Notes: a model not told the origin generated them from the sequence alone. A stretch of 64,000 nt of DNA from Williopsis jadinii (GCA_024346625.1 AP024664.1:4092001-4156000), one strand, 5' to 3'. Positions 32,494 through 44,014 are shown, numbered from the stretch's first letter. Numbers and translations: made by a program.

Positions 32494-34662
32494 CTATTTC
32501 TTCTTAGGTTTTTGTTTCTTGAAGTAACGTTCCTGGTCAGCTGCTCTATCACCCTTTGTCTTTTTATATCTTCTTGTGGACTCACTATCTTCTCTTGCCT
32601 CCTGCTGTTTCCTCTTCTTGCTGTTAAGCTTCTTCTTCTTGTCCTTCAAGTCATTGGCACCCTTCTTTTTATCCTTTTCAGATTCAAACCACGTTCTCTT
32701 TGGTCTGGATTGAATCTCATCTCTATATCTCAACATGTTCTCACCTTTCTTCAACTCCATCTCTGCAGCCAACATCTCCTTCTCTGCTTTCTCTTCTTCC
32801 AAGATTTCCTGTACAGTCTCATCTTTGGTTTCGATGATCTTGTTGATATCCTCAACATCCTTCCAGTTCACCTCTCTACCAACGGTCTTATTCACTCTGG
32901 AGTTTGGATTGTTCTCTGTGCTTTTAATGGCATCCTTGACAATGGCACGGTCAGATGAGCTTTCACCGACGAATGAAATGGATTTACCCTCACGACCACC
33001 ACGAGCAGTACGACCAACTCTGTGCAAATACACTTCAAAGTTCTTTGGCATGTCAAAGTTGATGACGACTTCGATCTTTGGAATATCCAAACCTCTCGAA
33101 GCCAGATCAGTACAGATCAAGATTGGAACAGTCAAGTCCTTGAAGTTATTGATGGATGTTAAACGCTGCTCCTGTGTCAAAGAACCATGCAACTCTGAAA
33201 CTTTGAGACCCAAGAGACCCATGATAATTCTCAACTTGTGAGCTTGTTCCTTTCTGGCAACGAATATCACAATTCTCTGGTCCTTAGTGAACTTTTTCAG
33301 TATGTTAAACAATACTGCAGGTTTTAGATGATCTCTCTTTCTGATACGGACGAATTCCTGGACCAATCCAGAAGCAGCCTGTTTTGGAGGATCAATCATG
33401 ATTCTGACAGGCTTTTTCATGGAAAGTTGAACCAAAGACTTAATCTTCGAGTTCATGGTAGCAGAGAACAACATTGTTTGTCTCTTTGTTGGCAATAACT
33501 CCAAGATCTCTGTCAATTCCTTCTGGAAACCTTCTTCCAACATTCTATCGGCTTCATCAACGATCAGAATCTCCACTGAATCAACTGTGAAGGAAGAGGA
33601 GTTTCTCATATGATCGATGAATCTACCAGGCGTGGCAATGACGATATCTGGTCTCTGCTTCAGCTCTTGTTCTTGCTGTCTCAGGTTCAAACCACCAACA
33701 GCAAGACCAAATGTCAATCCATTGACGAATTTACCAATCTTCTTACCAACGTCGCTGACTTGGATTGCCAGTTCTCTTGTTGGTGCAAGGACAATGACTC
33801 TAGTAGCAGCAATCTTTGAAGGTTTGAATAAGAGTCTCTCGATAACAGGAGTCAAATATGCAGCAGTCTTACCAGAACCTGTCACAGCACCAGCGATGAT
33901 ATCTTTACCCAGGAGGGCAATTGGGATCGTGGCACTTTGAATTGGAGATGGCTTCTGGTAGCCCAAAGCTGCCAAACCCTTCAACACTGGACGGGAAAGC
34001 TCTAGAGATTGGAAAGTCTTGTGCACTTGTTTCTTTGCAGCTTCAGATTCCACCTCTGGGGCGTAGAAGTTCTTGATATCTTCAGGGGAGTCTTCTTCTT
34101 CTTCCTCCTCTCCAGCTTTTTCGTCCTCCTGTTCAGATTGCACTTCTTGTTCATCCTGGTCCTCATCGTCATCTTCTCCAGAGTGTTCTTCGTCATTCTC
34201 TTCGTCATTCTCTTCGTCATTCTCCTCAGCTTTCTTCACACCCATGCCAAAACCGTCCATCGCAAGTTCGTCATCATCACTGCTGTCCTCCTCCTCTTCT
34301 TCTTCCTCGTCATCGCTTAAAGACGTACCCGCAAGCTGACCCAAACCACCCTTTCTTCTAATGATGCTATCAAGGTCAACATCCTTCTTCAAGGTCTTTT
34401 CATCGCCCTTGAAGTCCCAGCCTTCAAAGTCCAGCTTGGTCTCGCCATCATCCTGGTCAAACTGGAAGTTCGGGTTGAAATCCATGTGCTCTTTATCCTC
34501 TTCTTCAACATCCTGTGCTCTCTTCTTGGACTTCTTAGACTTCTTGGACTTCTTCTCCACCTCCTGCTGCTCAACCTGTTCCTCGTCAGAGTCCAACTCC
34601 GGCACATCGGTATCCGAGTCTGAAATCGTTGGAACTTCACCGTCGATAAGCTTGAATCCCAT
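32494..34662 (-). CDS. DRS1: DEAD-box RNA helicase Drs1
   Basis: Acidic N-terminus, [44 protein letters not shown] at 34662. Confidence 0.95.
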   Translation of the reverse strand: MGFKLIDGEVPTISDSDTDVPELDSDEEQVEQQEVEKKSKKSKKSKKRAQDVEEEDKEHMDFNPNFQFDQDDGETKLDFEGWDFKGDEKTLKKDVDLDSIIRRKGGLGQLAGTSLSDDEEEEEEEDSSDDDELAMDGFGMGVKKAEENDEENDEENDEEHSGEDDDEDQDEQEVQSEQEDEKAGEEEEEEDSPEDIKNFYAPEVESEAAKKQVHKTFQSLELSRPVLKGLAALGYQKPSPIQSATIPIALLGKDIIAGAVTGSGKTAAYLTPVIERLLFKPSKIAATRVIVLAPTRELAIQVSDVGKKIGKFVNGLTFGLAVGGLNLRQQEQELKQRPDIVIATPGRFIDHMRNSSSFTVDSVEILIVDEADRMLEEGFQKELTEILELLPTKRQTMLFSATMNSKIKSLVQLSMKKPVRIMIDPPKQAASGLVQEFVRIRKRDHLKPAVLFNILKKFTKDQRIVIFVARKEQAHKLRIIMGLLGLKVSELHGSLTQEQRLTSINNFKDLTVPILICTDLASRGLDIPKIEVVINFDMPKNFEVYLHRVGRTARGGREGKSISFVGESSSDRAIVKDAIKSTENNPNSRVNKTVGREVNWKDVEDINKIIETKDETVQEILEEEKAEKEMLAAEMELKKGENMLRYRDEIQSRPKRTWFESEKDKKKGANDLKDKKKKLNSKKRKQQEAREDSESTRRYKKTKGDRAADQERYFKKQKPKKK

Positions 34663-34722
34663 CTCTGCTTGCCTTGATTCTCTGTTTCTTCGTAAGAAAG
34701 TAGAAGATGGGAAGAGGAAAAA

Positions 34723-34743
34723 GCTCATCGCATAAATTTTTCA
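34723..34743. promoter_or_regulatory. PAC (GCTCATCGC) + RRPE (AAATTTTTCA) upstream of DRS1
   Basis: Canonical ribi promoter pair. Confidence 0.7.
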
Positions 34744-34954
34744 AGCCATAGAGAATTTTCGCAGATGGATTTCCCAATTCGGAGTTGCGCAACCTGGGTT
34801 CGCCAATTAGCGAATGGCAATCCATTTTAGGAAATTCATGGAAAGCGCAAAAAAACCAGCGAAGAGAACACGATGAAATTCTACAATGGAGCTGAATTAA
34901 TACTCACTCAGCTCTCCAATTGGGTACCGACGATCCGCAGATTTCGATAACACA

Positions 34955-35539
34955 ATGCTTTCAAACGTGAGACATTGGTTCTCTGGGTTTTCCAGGCTTC
35001 CATCGTTGATGAACTCTCGGTATGACCAGTCTTCTCCTTGGACTCTGGCCAAACAGATTATCATTCTACAGGTTTTCTACTATGCCACAGCCATTGTGCT
35101 GTGCTACCTGTTGGCCCTGTTGTGGGGGATTGATTTCCTGTTTGAATGGGTGTTCAACTGGAGACACATTCATATCAATAACACGTTCGGCGTGTATCTC
35201 ATAGGGATGTGGCTGTTTGACTCGTTCCTATGCGTGGTGTTCATGACCATCATCGTTGGCCGTAGTAAGCTGGCCTGGGATTTTGCCCTGACGTTGAAGT
35301 TCATCGACTTGGTTGTTGTTTGCATCTACAGCTCCAGCTTCCCTTCGTCCATTGCCTGGTGGCTGTTGCAGATTGGGTCTGCTATTATCCTCGTTAGCCT
35401 TGGAACTTGGACCTCAAGATGGGCTGAGCTGCGTGACACTTTCTTCACCGGGTTAAACGACGCTGAGCTAGGCCAGAGCCATGAAATGCGCAACTTGGAG
35501 GCCCCAACCACTGCCACGACACCTGCTGCTGCTTCATGA
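34955..35539 (+). CDS. SYS1: Golgi integral membrane protein Sys1
   Basis: QIIILQVFYY, IVGRSKLAWDFALT, SSSFPSSIAWW, GTWTSRWAELRD. Confidence 0.88.
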   Translation: MLSNVRHWFSGFSRLPSLMNSRYDQSSPWTLAKQIIILQVFYYATAIVLCYLLALLWGIDFLFEWVFNWRHIHINNTFGVYLIGMWLFDSFLCVVFMTIIVGRSKLAWDFALTLKFIDLVVVCIYSSSFPSSIAWWLLQIGSAIILVSLGTWTSRWAELRDTFFTGLNDAELGQSHEMRNLEAPTTATTPAAAS

Positions 35540-35624
35540 TTCGCATTTCCTGCATAGTATATATTGTATTGTATGTACTTTTTACAATCAGCCAATCTAC
35601 ATCTTTAGAGATTGAAAGCATTCA

Positions 35625-36383
35625 TTAGCACCAACAGCCACCATCACTCCTGTTCTGCTCAACACCGGTCTGGAATTGATCCAAGGATATGCTTGATTGT
35701 CTGTGTAGCTTTGATCTTGCGCCTTTAAACGATTGAAGAGTGACATTCCAAGGTATGTCACCATACTGAACTCCAAACTGAGAGTCATCTGGGTCTATCT
35801 CCTCGTATTGTAATCGTTTCCACAGGCTCTCTGCCAGTAATTCAAACGGCTTAGAGACGTTGGTGCCGTCTTTTACACTCGTCTCAACATACTGGATCTT
35901 CTCCTTATTCTCGTCGTTTACACCCCATCTTGTCCATATGGCTTCAACGTCCTGGGCACTCAACCCCTGTGCAAGATCACCCTTGTTACCAACAAGTACT
36001 ACACTTGGACTATGCATCAATTCCCTAACATCTTGCCAATACTCATCCAAGCTGGCCAGAGTGGACAGATCTGCCAAATCAAACACCATTATTACCCCGG
36101 CACTGTTCCTATAGTATGACCTCGTCAATGATCGAAACCTCTCCTGTCCCGCAGTATCCCACAGCTGGAGCTTGATCCTTACGTCGTCGCTAGTACAGCA
36201 TATCTTCGACTTGAAGTCCACCCCAATTGTCTGAGAGATCGAGTGCTGGTCCAACTCGTTAGTTATGTACCTGTGCAACAACGACGTCTTCCCTGTAGAT
36301 GAGGGCCCAATCACAATGATTTTCGCCAGATAGTCGTAGTGTTCCCTCACAATCACCGACGGCAACGAGTTCACAGTGTCCAT
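35625..36383 (-). CDS. Rab GTPase, Rab4/Ypt4-like
   Basis: YDYLAKII, GPSSTGKT, TIGVDF, WDTAGQERFRSLTRSYYR, GNKGD, IDPDDSQFGVQYGD, CxC end; ATG at 36383. Confidence 0.8.
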   Translation of the reverse strand: MDTVNSLPSVIVREHYDYLAKIIVIGPSSTGKTSLLHRYITNELDQHSISQTIGVDFKSKICCTSDDVRIKLQLWDTAGQERFRSLTRSYYRNSAGVIMVFDLADLSTLASLDEYWQDVRELMHSPSVVLVGNKGDLAQGLSAQDVEAIWTRWGVNDENKEKIQYVETSVKDGTNVSKPFELLAESLWKRLQYEEIDPDDSQFGVQYGDIPWNVTLQSFKGARSKLHRQSSISLDQFQTGVEQNRSDGGCWC

Positions 36384-36563
36384 CTCTCCAGACCTTCCTC
36401 CTAAGACGGTCTGGCAGCCAGCTTGAAGGCCCTGTTGGCTGAGGATTAAAGGTGGTTGCATCACTTGCGTACGTGGATGCGGAGTCTAGACTTCCTAATG
36501 CGGTAATCGTAAATATCAGCGCAAAAGTGTGTACATATGTAATAGAGGCAGAAAAGTGTTAAA

Positions 36564-37447
36564 CTATTTAAAATGGCTCTTCCTCTTCTTGTAGGCCTTC
36601 CTCTTTGTCGATCTCCCACGCTCTTCTTCGTACTTCATCACGTCTCTTTTGGTGTAGCCTCTTGAGAAGACGGCCTGCGTGTGCTTCCTCTCGCAATGTC
36701 CACAGTTTCTGAACTTGATGAGCTTATCCTTGGCCAGCAGCAGCTTATAACCTTGTGATTCTTCATCCTTGGTGATGTAACGATTGATGAGGTCTCGTGC
36801 GAGGACTCGCTTACAATTGGCGGTGTGAGCTGCCACCTTTATGCCCTCTGGAATCTCCTCGCCTGTTAAGAGAACTTCGATATACGCATCGCACTTAATC
36901 TTCTTCAATTGGCATAGATCACAGCTCGGGCCTTTCTCTGTCTCGAGGAGTTCCCGGTGATGTGCAGTAGGCGTTTTCTCTGTGTGGTATATTGTAGATC
37001 ACAACGGTGTGTGCATTTGTTTCCTGGCTCATACTCAGAGGCCTCGTCGTGACAGTGCTGCTCAGCACATTCACCCGTGTGGCACTGCATCTGTAATTCT
37101 TCCTCTTCCTCATCATCGTCTTCTTGCTCGTCAGAGTTATGATTTCCAGCATCGTCGTCCAAAGAGCTCAGTGAGGACACTGACGAGGACCGTGTGCTGT
37201 GGCTGTCCGTCACCTGGGAGAATACAGAGTCAGAAGACAGTGATCTAGGCGTGGCATCAACGAGATCGCTTATGCTTATCCTTCTATACTTGTACTCGCC
37301 CTGGTTCAGCTGTTGTAGTGCGGTGACATCCGCAGCTGTCAGCTGCACGCTGCTGAACCTCTGGTAGCTTGTTCTGCTCTCGAAGGCCGTGTGCAACGGT
37401 GGTAATAACACCGGTATCGAGGAGTGTCCCTGTATTATGTACGACAT
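36564..37447 (-). CDS. SUT1: Sut1/Sut2-like atypical Zn-cluster transcription factor, split by a 1-nt frameshift at about 36933-36935
   Basis: Joining the two track ORFs gives RQR(K)GPSCDLCQLKKIKCDAYIEV...LIKFRNCGHC, the split Zn-cluster signature of Sut1. Confidence 0.78.
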
Positions 37448-38221
37448 TATGGCCCGGCACTGCTATACACCTTACACATCAATATCAGACACACAGAGGG
37501 GAATTGAAGCTGGCTATATATATACGTACAGATTTGCAATGCTCGTCTCGCCACATCGGCAAGGAATCAGACGCATCTTGGGCTTAGTTCTAGGAACCGA
37601 ATTACAACCACAGTGGTTATTTCCAACTCCGAACACCACAAGCATATGCTTTACCACCCTTGTGGTTAAAAGAGGTTATAGCAGGGCCTCTGCTGGCCCA
37701 ATTGCCTGGCACTGATACGCCCATCACAACGTGATCAAGGCACTGTTGTCCTCGTCAACCACCGTGTCACCTTCTACTCGCATTCTCCAACCATTGGCTG
37801 TGTGAGTGTTAAGAGAAGGGCGTTGTCGATGCCGCAATGTCGTGATTACGTGTGCGAATTATGCATGGCACGCGCACGCGCGTTGGCTGTCAAATCTATG
37901 ACACAGAACAATAGAAGAAAGCACCGAAGAAAGCGATGCTCGAGACTCAATTGATCCATACGTAGCAGGCCCAGTGGCCTGCTGTGTGCCTTCAATTGGC
38001 TCAGCGAAAGCGGCGTGGTGCCCCCGTCTCTCACGTTGTGTATCATCACGTATATATGTCCGCATCATGCTGTAGTTGAGTATCATCATGCGTTAGTGTC
38101 TCTGTAAATCTTTGTGGAAGTACGCTGATAACCACAAAGAAAGCGGAGTTGTGTAGAGATGGTAGTTCCAGTTGAGTGCGAGTTGGTGCGAGTTGGTGTG
38201 AGTGTGTAGCAGGAAGCAGCA

Positions 38222-39127
38222 ATGAGCTCTGTTCGAAGTAGTTCGCCTCTCAAGCTCAGAGAACGGGTGTCGCACTTGTTCAGGAGAGATGCCAGCGCAG
38301 CTCGTGAGACAGCACTGGTGGGCGTGGCGAGTGGAGGCCATGAAGGGGAGGAGTTCCCGACGCTCTCATCCACCGAGATTAGATTGGACGAGATGACCTT
38401 GCTGAACACGTTGAAGAACCAGCAAATCTTATCAAGGGAACAGGAGATGGTGCTGAAGGTTACACAGGAGCTACGAGGATTGGACGCCCCTATTGCCAAA
38501 AGACCAGTGGCTAAGAGCTGTGATGGCACGCTGCAGTACTGTTTGAATTCACATTGGTGTCTTTGGAGTAATATCGACTTACACTTGGACACTCAGGGAG
38601 CTGGTGATAAGAGCCCTGTGCCAACAACGACGACGACGCTACAACAGGTGTTTAACACGAGGTTGGAGTTGGACAAGGCTATACAAACGTGTTCACGTGT
38701 GTTGGAGCAAGATGCGAGTCCCCAAGTCGTGGAAGTGCACTTGTTCAACAAAGCAGTTGACTTGCCATTCGAACTAGAAGGGTTGGCCTTGAAAGTACCG
38801 GGGAGTATCGGCGTCAGTGCCATTGAACAGCTAATGGAGTTGGTCTGTGATGATAGGCTTTTCCGATATGCCGATATAGACTGGTATTGGTTGAAACTGA
38901 CAATGAGTGGGATAACGCTATCACAGACAAGAAGAGCTCATGATGACGTATATTGGGTTATAAAGCTTTGGTTCAAGACCAACGGTGTGATTGACGAGTT
39001 TGACGATGAACTGATCAAAAGGGTTTGCTATTTGTTGTATTACTCTTGTGACTGCCTCACCGTTCAAGTCATTTCCAAACTGATGTATACAAAAGATGCG
39101 TTTGTATATAGAAGCGTGTGGAATTGA
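38222..39127 (+). CDS. Hypothetical protein, possibly a divergent eIF4E-fold protein
   Basis: 301-aa ORF; LNSHWCLWS, VHLFNKAV, SGITLS, VIKLWF occur in eIF4E motif order (by eye only). Confidence 0.55.
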   Translation: MSSVRSSSPLKLRERVSHLFRRDASAARETALVGVASGGHEGEEFPTLSSTEIRLDEMTLLNTLKNQQILSREQEMVLKVTQELRGLDAPIAKRPVAKSCDGTLQYCLNSHWCLWSNIDLHLDTQGAGDKSPVPTTTTTLQQVFNTRLELDKAIQTCSRVLEQDASPQVVEVHLFNKAVDLPFELEGLALKVPGSIGVSAIEQLMELVCDDRLFRYADIDWYWLKLTMSGITLSQTRRAHDDVYWVIKLWFKTNGVIDEFDDELIKRVCYLLYYSCDCLTVQVISKLMYTKDAFVYRSVWN

Positions 39128-39140
39128 TCTCCCCCCAGGC

Positions 39141-39812
39141 TCATTCCATGTTGCCGAATACACTATCATCTTCATCCTCCCTGGTGTCACTGTGTAGCTG
39201 GTCGTCTCCGCCCATCTTTGGAGACGCAACCTCATCCAGCTTTGGGAGCACATATGTGGACTCGTTCGAGATCGACGGCATCCTCGACTGCTTCAGCGGT
39301 ACTGTCGACTGGACTGGCGGCGAGTCGTGGTGCTTGTCTCTATACTGCGGGTTGAACTTGATGCCATCCTCATCCTTTTCATTCATGCTGATCAATATAC
39401 TCGCAGCCTCCAACAACTGCACTTGCTGGTGCTTCGAGATCAGGAGCTTCTTCGTCACGTTCCACTCCGGCGTGTGCTCCCAGAGGTGCTTCGCCAGCGA
39501 CGATATGTGCTTATAGCCCTTCCCACACGCCTCACACTTCAACTCCTCTTTGAGCCTGCCCGTCTCACCTTCGCTGATTCTTCTCACTACAAACTCTCGC
39601 GATAGCAACGGCACGCTGGAGCTCAGCTCCTTCTGTGCATGGCCGTGACTGCTGCTACCGCTGTGATGGTGATGATGATGATGCTGATGATGCTGATGAC
39701 TGTGCTGTGGACCCTTCTCCGGCGATACCTTCCCAGGTATCGTGTACGGCGCTGTGGCTGCTATAGACGCCCTTCTCGAGATGTGTGAATTCGTGTGTAC
39801 CGAGGATGTCAT
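39141..39812 (-). CDS. Conserved fungal single C2H2 zinc-finger protein
   Basis: CEACGKGYKHISSLAKHLWEHTPEW..LLISKHQQVQLLEAASIL; His-rich N-terminus; ATG at 39812. Confidence 0.85.
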   Translation of the reverse strand: MTSSVHTNSHISRRASIAATAPYTIPGKVSPEKGPQHSHQHHQHHHHHHHSGSSSHGHAQKELSSSVPLLSREFVVRRISEGETGRLKEELKCEACGKGYKHISSLAKHLWEHTPEWNVTKKLLISKHQQVQLLEAASILISMNEKDEDGIKFNPQYRDKHHDSPPVQSTVPLKQSRMPSISNESTYVLPKLDEVASPKMGGDDQLHSDTREDEDDSVFGNME

Positions 39813-40103
39813 CGCTTCTCCGACCAAAGTAAGCTCAATAACAACGGAAATGAACAAATGTGAACAAATGTGAACAAAATATCAAAACTTTTAAGAGAAT
39901 TGGCAAAGAATTGTGAAGGAATCTCAGAATATTTTTCACACACAAAGCGCAAAAAAAACCACACAATGAGACATAAATTTTTTTTTTTTTTTTTTGTAAA
40001 CAAATTCGAAATTTTTTTTTCTTTCTTTTTGTGCGCGTTGTGGTTGAAAATTTTTACTTTCCGTGTTTTGCCAGAAAGGGCAATTTTCGCGACGAGAATC
40101 TGC

Positions 40104-40146
40104 TTACGTAAAGGCTTACGTAATCGATTACGTAAGTGCTTAGTAA
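40104..40146. promoter_or_regulatory. Phased bZIP (Yap/Cin5-type) sites: TTACGTAA x3 + TTAGTAA at 12-bp period
   Basis: Starts at 40104, 40116, 40128 and 40140, upstream of the C2H2 gene. Confidence 0.55.
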
Positions 40147-40212
40147 CCATTATACAGGCCCATGGCATTAGTGGTGGTATATACAATGGTGTTGTTATAC
40201 ACAATGGTGTTG

Positions 40213-42318
40213 TTATACGGAGTGCTTCACGTTGAAAGCCCGCTGGAGATCGGCCACGTCCCTCCGTCTGTCGTTGGCGTTGGTGCTCAGCGAGCACATC
40301 TCCAGGTTGATGACGTAGACCTTGCCGTGAGCGAGCTTCAAGATGTCGTCGCCTATTGAGATGTTAGGCCTGAAGGTGACGCCGTGGCTGTGGATTCTTT
40401 GGAGCGTTTGCAGTGCCATTTCGTAGTGCTCTTTGCTGTGAGTGTCGACTGGTAGCAGGTCGTCGTTGACCTCCGTTATCGGCTCGTACATGATGAAGTA
40501 GCCGTCTGCTCTGAAGTGCAGCGTGTCGGCGTTGCTGCTAACGTCCTCCAGATAGCCGTACTTGAGCACTCTTCCAATACAGTCGCCATACAGCTCGCTG
40601 AGCTTCAGATAGGCGAGCACGTTGGTGCTCCATCTCTGTATGAGGTCCAGTGCGTTGGTCTTGAGCTCGAGAACACCGTCGACGTGGGCGTTGGACATCT
40701 TGTACATCGGAGTGGACGGGTGTCTCACAGACATCAATGCTGTGCTTCCCTGGTAATACTCGTCGTATATCGATAGCAACGAGTTCCCAGGTTTGCTCTG
40801 ATTGTGATCTTGGTCCACGAACAGCTTCGCACCATCAACTATTAGCGTCTGGCACGACCACTGTGGTCCCACGGCGATGATGCCCACCATGGAACGGTCC
40901 AAGTCAACCTTGTACTTCTCAAAGTCCAGTCCATTAGACGTGGTGTACGTTATGCTGGATGGTTTGAACCTCTTGATCCGTTGACCGTCATGAGCTAGCA
41001 CCAAATTGGATCTGTCCATAGAGTTGAACTCGGCCCATTCCTTTGAGACCTTTTTGTTGAGCTTTGCCATGAATTTTGAATCCTCAATGGACTGTTCAGG
41101 GGTTTCGTATAGGAAGGCTCCGATCACGTTTCTCATGGTTAATACGCTGTCATTGTTGAAGTTGGAGAAAGTGAAATGCCTTGTCTTGACGTTACTAAGC
41201 AACTTCGAAACGTCTTCAATCTCACCGTCTAATACGTCATCGATGATGAAGCATCCACACCAGTTATAGTCCATCATTATGAATTTTCTCGTATGTGAGC
41301 TGAGGCAGATCGATACACACTTGTGGAACTTCTTCATGAAGTTATCTCTTTTGGTGAATTCTGCACCGGCAACTCTGCCTTTGAATTCATCCTTGGAGCC
41401 CATACACAGCTCATATCCTTCAGCTATCGCCAGCCCTAGTTCGCAGATTTCCACATGGCATAGTAATCTGTTGATCAAAGCGTCCTTGTCGTCAAATATG
41501 CCCCATTCAAACTCGGTATCGCATAACACCCCAATCGGTTTCATATTCACAGGACACCTTGGTGATAGCGTTGGGGACTCTGGTGGGAATCTGCTACCCT
41601 TGACGAAGGCGTCAAGCATCTTCTTGTCAAGATACACCAACAGGCTGTAAATATCAACCATAGGATGCCATATCATGTCATGGATCATCATCAGGTACAT
41701 GTTGAGATCCAGCGCACATGGATCAAGTATCTCAGGACATTTCTGCGTTGTGCTGATGTCAATAAAGCACATCTCCACACTATCTGGACTCATGTCAATT
41801 CCCCTTCGAAGAGCTTTGAAGAACTTCTCCAAGTAGTTCTTCACAAAGGCATCTCGGGAGATCTCGCTTGATTTCGATGTCGCCTTCAAGGGCCTCAATA
41901 AGGGATAATCTTCATACACGAGGTTTGGCAGTGTTGGTAATAGCCCTCTGTGGTCTTTCGAGTACACTGAAGGATTCGAGATCCTATGTCGCTTACCAAC
42001 GCTGTGTGGTATTTGAACGTCCCTGGTCAACGGGAACATGTCATCCTTCACAAATATCAGCTCCTCTTCTTCCCTTTCAACAATCAGAGGGGGCATATCA
42101 CAGTTGAAAAACAGCTCAACCCCTTGTGACTCCGTGACCGTGTTGTCCAACTCGATGAAAGATCTCCCAATGGGCTTCACAACAACGTCCATATCTTGAT
42201 TAATACTCCACTGCCACACTTCGTCCTTATCCCCTAAAAGCATAGTCTTCTTAGGTAGCCCTAAGAGCTGCTGTGACTTGCCTTTCTTCCTCTTCTGTTT
42301 CTTCAGGTATTTGGCCAT
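40213..42318 (-). CDS. Hypothetical protein with degenerate C-terminal kinase-like segment
   Basis: About 700-aa ORF; LQTLQRIHSHGVT....DDIL....KVYVINLE resembles kinase subdomains VIb-VII without catalytic residues. Confidence 0.6.
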   Translation of the reverse strand: MAKYLKKQKRKKGKSQQLLGLPKKTMLLGDKDEVWQWSINQDMDVVVKPIGRSFIELDNTVTESQGVELFFNCDMPPLIVEREEEELIFVKDDMFPLTRDVQIPHSVGKRHRISNPSVYSKDHRGLLPTLPNLVYEDYPLLRPLKATSKSSEISRDAFVKNYLEKFFKALRRGIDMSPDSVEMCFIDISTTQKCPEILDPCALDLNMYLMMIHDMIWHPMVDIYSLLVYLDKKMLDAFVKGSRFPPESPTLSPRCPVNMKPIGVLCDTEFEWGIFDDKDALINRLLCHVEICELGLAIAEGYELCMGSKDEFKGRVAGAEFTKRDNFMKKFHKCVSICLSSHTRKFIMMDYNWCGCFIIDDVLDGEIEDVSKLLSNVKTRHFTFSNFNNDSVLTMRNVIGAFLYETPEQSIEDSKFMAKLNKKVSKEWAEFNSMDRSNLVLAHDGQRIKRFKPSSITYTTSNGLDFEKYKVDLDRSMVGIIAVGPQWSCQTLIVDGAKLFVDQDHNQSKPGNSLLSIYDEYYQGSTALMSVRHPSTPMYKMSNAHVDGVLELKTNALDLIQRWSTNVLAYLKLSELYGDCIGRVLKYGYLEDVSSNADTLHFRADGYFIMYEPITEVNDDLLPVDTHSKEHYEMALQTLQRIHSHGVTFRPNISIGDDILKLAHGKVYVINLEMCSLSTNANDRRRDVADLQRAFNVKHSV

Positions 42319-42688
42319 CACCTCGTCACCGATCCCTTGCTCTTCACCTCCGGTTTACCAATGTCTCAAGACCCTAACAGCCATCAAAAGCACACGCCGA
42401 ATCACAGAGCCTTGGAGCTGGCAGCGAGCTTCAAATTTGTATTGGCATGTGTCCCGAACCGATGAGTTGCGAAAAACACCTGGACACCATTTAACCCGGA
42501 CACCCAAACATCCTAACACCCTTCAAACTCTGGAAAAACGTCCAGACGACCACATATCAACAACAACAAAACAACGTCAAAGACCACGTTTAACGAACAT
42601 TTCCCAGTTGTTGTAAACGTTAGGAACACGATCAGAGCCGAAGCTAAGATCCACGACCCTCCAAGAGACGATTCTGCCGAGCCACACA

Positions 42689-44014
42689 ATGGTTGTTGAT
42701 ACTGCGTACTACGATACCCTTGAGGTATCAGTGACGGCTACTCCCGTGGAGATTAAGAAGGCCTATAGGAAGATGTCCATCAAGATGCACCCTGATAAGA
42801 ACAGGGATGACCCGAACGCCACTGAGAAGTTCCAGGAGATCTCGGAGGCGTATCAGGTGCTGAGCGATGAAACACTGCGAGCCAAGTACGACAAGTTTGG
42901 TAAGGAGAGTGCAGTACCGAACGAAGGGTTTGAAGATGCCGATGAGTACTTTGCGATGATCTTTGGTGGTGAGGCCTTTGTCTCGTACATCGGAGAGCTG
43001 AGCCTGCTGAAGGACTTGCAGAAGAGTGCTGAGCTGAATGAGGAACAGGAGAAGAAGGAGAAGGAGGAGAAAGAGGAGAAGGAGCGGTTGAAGTCTGAGG
43101 AGGAGAAGGAGAAGAAGAAAGGTGATGACAACATCAGTGGCACAAGCTCTGCCACTGGACAGAATACAACAAAGGAATCCACGCCTCTTCAACTACACAG
43201 CTCCGAGCACGCTGCAACGGAAGCTCAATCTGATCATACTGATAAGCCTTCAACGGAAGAGGTGAAGAACGAGGAGACAAAGGAGAAGTCCAAGTTGCAA
43301 GAACACGAAGAAGAGATGAGAAAGAAGCGCGAGGAAACCATAACTACACTGTCAAAGAAGCTAATCGAACGTCTCTCGCTATTAACGGAATCTGAGAATG
43401 ATACTGCTTGTCAAGATGCCTTCAAGGAGAAATTCCAAATCGAGGCGAATCTCCTCAAGATGGAGTCCTTTGGTTTGGATATCCTCCATACTATTGGTAA
43501 AGTATATTGTACAAAGGCACAGATCTATTTGGACTCCCAGCAGCTATTTGGTATTCCCGGGTTCTTCACCTCGATGAAGGCTAAAGGTGGCATCGTCATG
43601 GACACTTTCCGTACGGTGTCTTCTGCACTTGACGCACAATCCACCATGCAAGAGCTACAGAAGTGGCAGGAGATGAAGGCAAACCCTGATGAACTACGGA
43701 ATGAAAAGGGTGAAATCGTGGAAAAGCCTACAGACGAGGAGATTGCTCAACTGGAGAAGCTGCTCATGGGTAAAGTGCTGAACGCCGCATGGCACGGTAA
43801 CAAGTATGAGATTCAGAGTACGTTAAGAGACGTTTGCGATAAAGTACTGGGTGATAAATCTGAACCAAAGGATAAAAGAATACAACGCGCAAATGCACTG
43901 ATGCTCTTAGGTAAGGTGTTTGTCAACACAACGAGATCTAAAGTGGAACAGGAGGAGGCCCAGTTATTCGAAGAGTTGGTTGCAGAAGCTACTCAAAAGA
44001 AACAGAACAAGTGA
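42689..44014 (+). CDS. DJP1: J-domain protein with DnaJ-X domain (Djp1/Caj1 family)
   Basis: [42 protein letters not shown]; near IST3 and MPH1 as in S. cerevisiae. Confidence 0.85.
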   Translation: MVVDTAYYDTLEVSVTATPVEIKKAYRKMSIKMHPDKNRDDPNATEKFQEISEAYQVLSDETLRAKYDKFGKESAVPNEGFEDADEYFAMIFGGEAFVSYIGELSLLKDLQKSAELNEEQEKKEKEEKEEKERLKSEEEKEKKKGDDNISGTSSATGQNTTKESTPLQLHSSEHAATEAQSDHTDKPSTEEVKNEETKEKSKLQEHEEEMRKKREETITTLSKKLIERLSLLTESENDTACQDAFKEKFQIEANLLKMESFGLDILHTIGKVYCTKAQIYLDSQQLFGIPGFFTSMKAKGGIVMDTFRTVSSALDAQSTMQELQKWQEMKANPDELRNEKGEIVEKPTDEEIAQLEKLLMGKVLNAAWHGNKYEIQSTLRDVCDKVLGDKSEPKDKRIQRANALMLLGKVFVNTTRSKVEQEEAQLFEELVAEATQKKQNK

